NCBI GenBank assembly: GCA_044866005.1
Contig: JBIOTN010000148.1
Location: forward strand, 1-49,254
Direction of reading: 5' to 3'
Length of the DNA: 49,254 nucleotides
Source: Candidatus Rokuibacteriota bacterium
GTDB lineage: Bacteria > Methylomirabilota > Methylomirabilia > Rokubacteriales > DASRDR01
Numbering within the stretch: the stretch's first letter is position 1; every line of letters begins with the position of its first letter. Below, in pieces: positions 47,138-49,254 of this stretch. The position numbers were made by a program, and so were the translations under genes. The notes beneath the pieces are model-generated. The model saw nothing but the letters and a program-made list of their open reading frames with translations, was not told the DNA's origin and did no database searches.

Positions 47138-48613
47138 ATGCCTGACGGCGACAGCGACCTGACCGGAAAGACCCCCCGGATGTGGATCGACGGCCGGGAG
47201 TCCCCGGGGGCTGGGGGAGAGACGTTCGCCGTCCTGAACCCCGCCACCGAGGAGGAGCTGGCCCAGGTGCCGGTGGCCACGGCCGCGGACGTGGAGCGGG
47301 CAGTCCAGGCCGCGGCGAGCGCCTTCGAGGAGGGACCCTGGTCCCGCCTTCGCCCCCGCGAGCGCGCCCGGCTGCTCTTCCGCCTGGCCGGCCTCGTCCG
47401 GGAGCGGCTCGAAGCGCTCGCGCGGCTCGAGACCCTGAACGTCGGCAAGCCCATCCGCGACAGCCGGGACGAGGTCGCGATGGTCGCCGACTGCTTCGAG
47501 TACTACGCCGGCGCGGTGACCAAGCTCTTCGGCGAGACGATCCCCACCAATGCCCCGGGTCTCGACTTCACGCTGCGCGAGCCGATCGGCGTCTGCGCGC
47601 TCGTCGTGCCGTGGAATTTCCCCCTGGCGATCGCCTCCTGGAAGGTCGCCCCGGCCCTGGCTGCCGGCAACACCGTGGTCCTCAAGCCGGCCTCGTATAC
47701 GCCGCTCACCGCGCTGGCCCTCGGACGACTCGCCGTCGAGGCCGGGCTGCCGCCCGGCGTCCTCAACGTCGTGACGGGGCCCGGCGCGAGCGTCGGGACC
47801 GCCCTCGTCCGCCACCCGCTGGTCGGCAAGATCGCGTTCACCGGCGAGACCGCGACGGGGACCGAGATCATGAAGCTCGCCGCGGAGGGGATCAAGCGCG
47901 TGTCGCTCGAGCTGGGCGGGAAATCCCCGCTCATCGTCTTCGACGACGTGGATCTCGGGCACGTGGTCGAGGCGTCGCTGGGGGTCGTCTACGGCAACGC
48001 CGGCCAGGACTGCTGCGCGCGGAGCCGCGCCTTCGTCCACCGGGCCGTCTACGAGGCCTTTGCGGAGCGGTGGACGGCGCGGACGCGGCGGCTCGTCGTG
48101 GGGGACCCGCTCGACCCGGCGACCGAGATGGGACCGCTCGTCTCGCGCGCCCATCGCGCCCGGGTCCAGCGCTACGTCGCGGTCGGGCGCGACGAGGGCG
48201 CGCGCCTCCTCTACGGAGGAGAGCCGCCGGCGGGAGACGGCCGCGGATTCTACCTCACGCCGGCCGTCTTCACCGACGTCGCGCCGCGGATGCGGATCGC
48301 GCAGGACGAGATCTTCGGGCCCGTGCTCTCGATCCTGCCGTTCGCGAGCGAGGAGGAGTGCGTGCGGCTCGCCAACGACACGGTCTACGGCCTGTCAGGC
48401 TCGATCTGGACGCGCGACCTCGGCCGCGCGCTGCGGGTCGCCAAGCGGGTCCGCACCGGGGTGCTATCGGTGAACGGCTCCTCCAGTGTCCACGTCGAGG
48501 CGCCGTTCGGCGGGTACAAGCAGTCGGGGTTCGGGCGCGAGCTCGGCATGCACGCGCTCCAGCTCTACACCGAAGTCAAGAACGTCCACATCACGCTCGG
48601 CGAGCCGCGATAG
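47138..48613 (+). CDS. NAD(P)-dependent aldehyde dehydrogenase
   Basis: PWNFP, LKPA, FTGET, LELGGKSP, GQDCCA, EIFGP, PFGGYKQSG. Confidence 0.95.
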   Translation: MPDGDSDLTGKTPRMWIDGRESPGAGGETFAVLNPATEEELAQVPVATAADVERAVQAAASAFEEGPWSRLRPRERARLLFRLAGLVRERLEALARLETLNVGKPIRDSRDEVAMVADCFEYYAGAVTKLFGETIPTNAPGLDFTLREPIGVCALVVPWNFPLAIASWKVAPALAAGNTVVLKPASYTPLTALALGRLAVEAGLPPGVLNVVTGPGASVGTALVRHPLVGKIAFTGETATGTEIMKLAAEGIKRVSLELGGKSPLIVFDDVDLGHVVEASLGVVYGNAGQDCCARSRAFVHRAVYEAFAERWTARTRRLVVGDPLDPATEMGPLVSRAHRARVQRYVAVGRDEGARLLYGGEPPAGDGRGFYLTPAVFTDVAPRMRIAQDEIFGPVLSILPFASEEECVRLANDTVYGLSGSIWTRDLGRALRVAKRVRTGVLSVNGSSSVHVEAPFGGYKQSGFGRELGMHALQLYTEVKNVHITLGEPR

Positions 48614-48743
48614 CGCCGGGCCGCGCCCATCCTCGAACGTACAACCGCGTACGCCCGTGGTGGGCGCGGCTCTGCGTCCTGGGGCTGCTCGGCTCTCGGC
48701 TCGGCGCGGGAACCGATGGCGGCCGCCGGATGGTGGCGGTCCG

Positions 48744-48775
48744 AAAAAAGCGCGGCGGGGGGAACGCCCGCCGCG
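48744..48775 (-). terminator. Rho-independent terminator
   Basis: Minus strand CGCGGCGGG-CGTTCC-CCCGCCGCG followed by CTTTTTT. Confidence 0.75.
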
Positions 48776-48941
48776 GGCTCGCGCCCCGCCGTGCCCCGGA
48801 GAGCGGGGTTTCTCTAACTTGCCACCCCGTTAGATAGCCACCCCTCGGGACGGCCCCCTTACCGCCAGTAAGGCACACCGCGTCGAGGTCGATGGCGGCG
48901 CCCGCCCTTCTGCCCGAGGTGGCCCCCGGCCCATCGGGGTG
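48744..48941 (-). ncRNA. Candidate ~200-nt structured small RNA, family unassigned
   Basis: Bounded by a promoter-like element and a terminator; tandem hairpins and a possible pseudoknot; no SD-led ORF. Confidence 0.4.
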
Positions 48942-48947
48942 CCGACC

Positions 48948-48976
48948 ATTGCACGCCGCCAGGCCGCGGCTGACAA
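48948..48976 (-). promoter_or_regulatory. Candidate sigma70 promoter for the sRNA
   Basis: Minus strand TTGTCA-N17-TGCAAT. Confidence 0.5.
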
Positions 48977-49026
48977 GGGCCCCCCAGCCTCCGCGCCTCG
49001 TCGTCACTCGCGGCGCGCTCGCTGCC

Positions 49027-49254
<228 letters not shown>

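Noticed and set aside
48812..48835. attC site from TCTAAC...GTTAGAT
   Set aside because: The two boxes are only 10 nt apart, far too short for attC; treated as an RNA hairpin instead.
48591..49007. 138-aa minus-strand ORF
   Set aside because: Runs through a terminator, overlaps the ALDH 3' end and has no recognisable motif or SD.

Overview
Very GC-rich bacterial window. The gene content and the short CGGAGGGGG-palindrome repeats are reminiscent of Rokubacteria/Methylomirabilota-like genomes, but that is inference only. Left part (1-17.8 kb): PduO-type cobalamin adenosyltransferase; a membrane protein; a LivFGMH-type ABC importer with two different solute-binding proteins, divergent from a W/Mo aldehyde:ferredoxin oxidoreductase; a lone pilin-like gene; a GYD protein; and a hutU-hutI-hutF-like cluster. 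Between hutU and hutI is a decaying insert (antitoxin fragment, frameshifted ParE-like toxin, DinB gene) carrying two attC-like remnants. Right part (17.9-46.8 kb, all minus strand): a sigma54-type promoter ahead of a ~26 kb Wzx/Wzy-type polysaccharide locus (receiver protein, ExeA-like ATPase, degenerate HD-GYP, Wza, Wzc, Wzy/ligase, Wzx, 7 GT4, 4 SAM methyltransferases, PHP-like protein, WbqC, PIG-L, DegT, WecA). Directly downstream is the most interesting feature: a three-gene RiPP-like module. It comprises an HPr-kinase-like kinase, a PqqD/RRE domain fused to an internal twin-arginine-like signal and a 43-aa, 8-Cys core peptide, and an NTP_transf_5-type nucleotidyltransferase, with no lasso cyclase, protease or radical SAM enzyme in the window. 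The right end has an aldehyde dehydrogenase, a candidate ~200-nt structured sRNA with its own promoter and terminator, and the C-terminus of a protein with at least 38 consecutive prolines. All calls come from reading motifs by eye; no searches were run.
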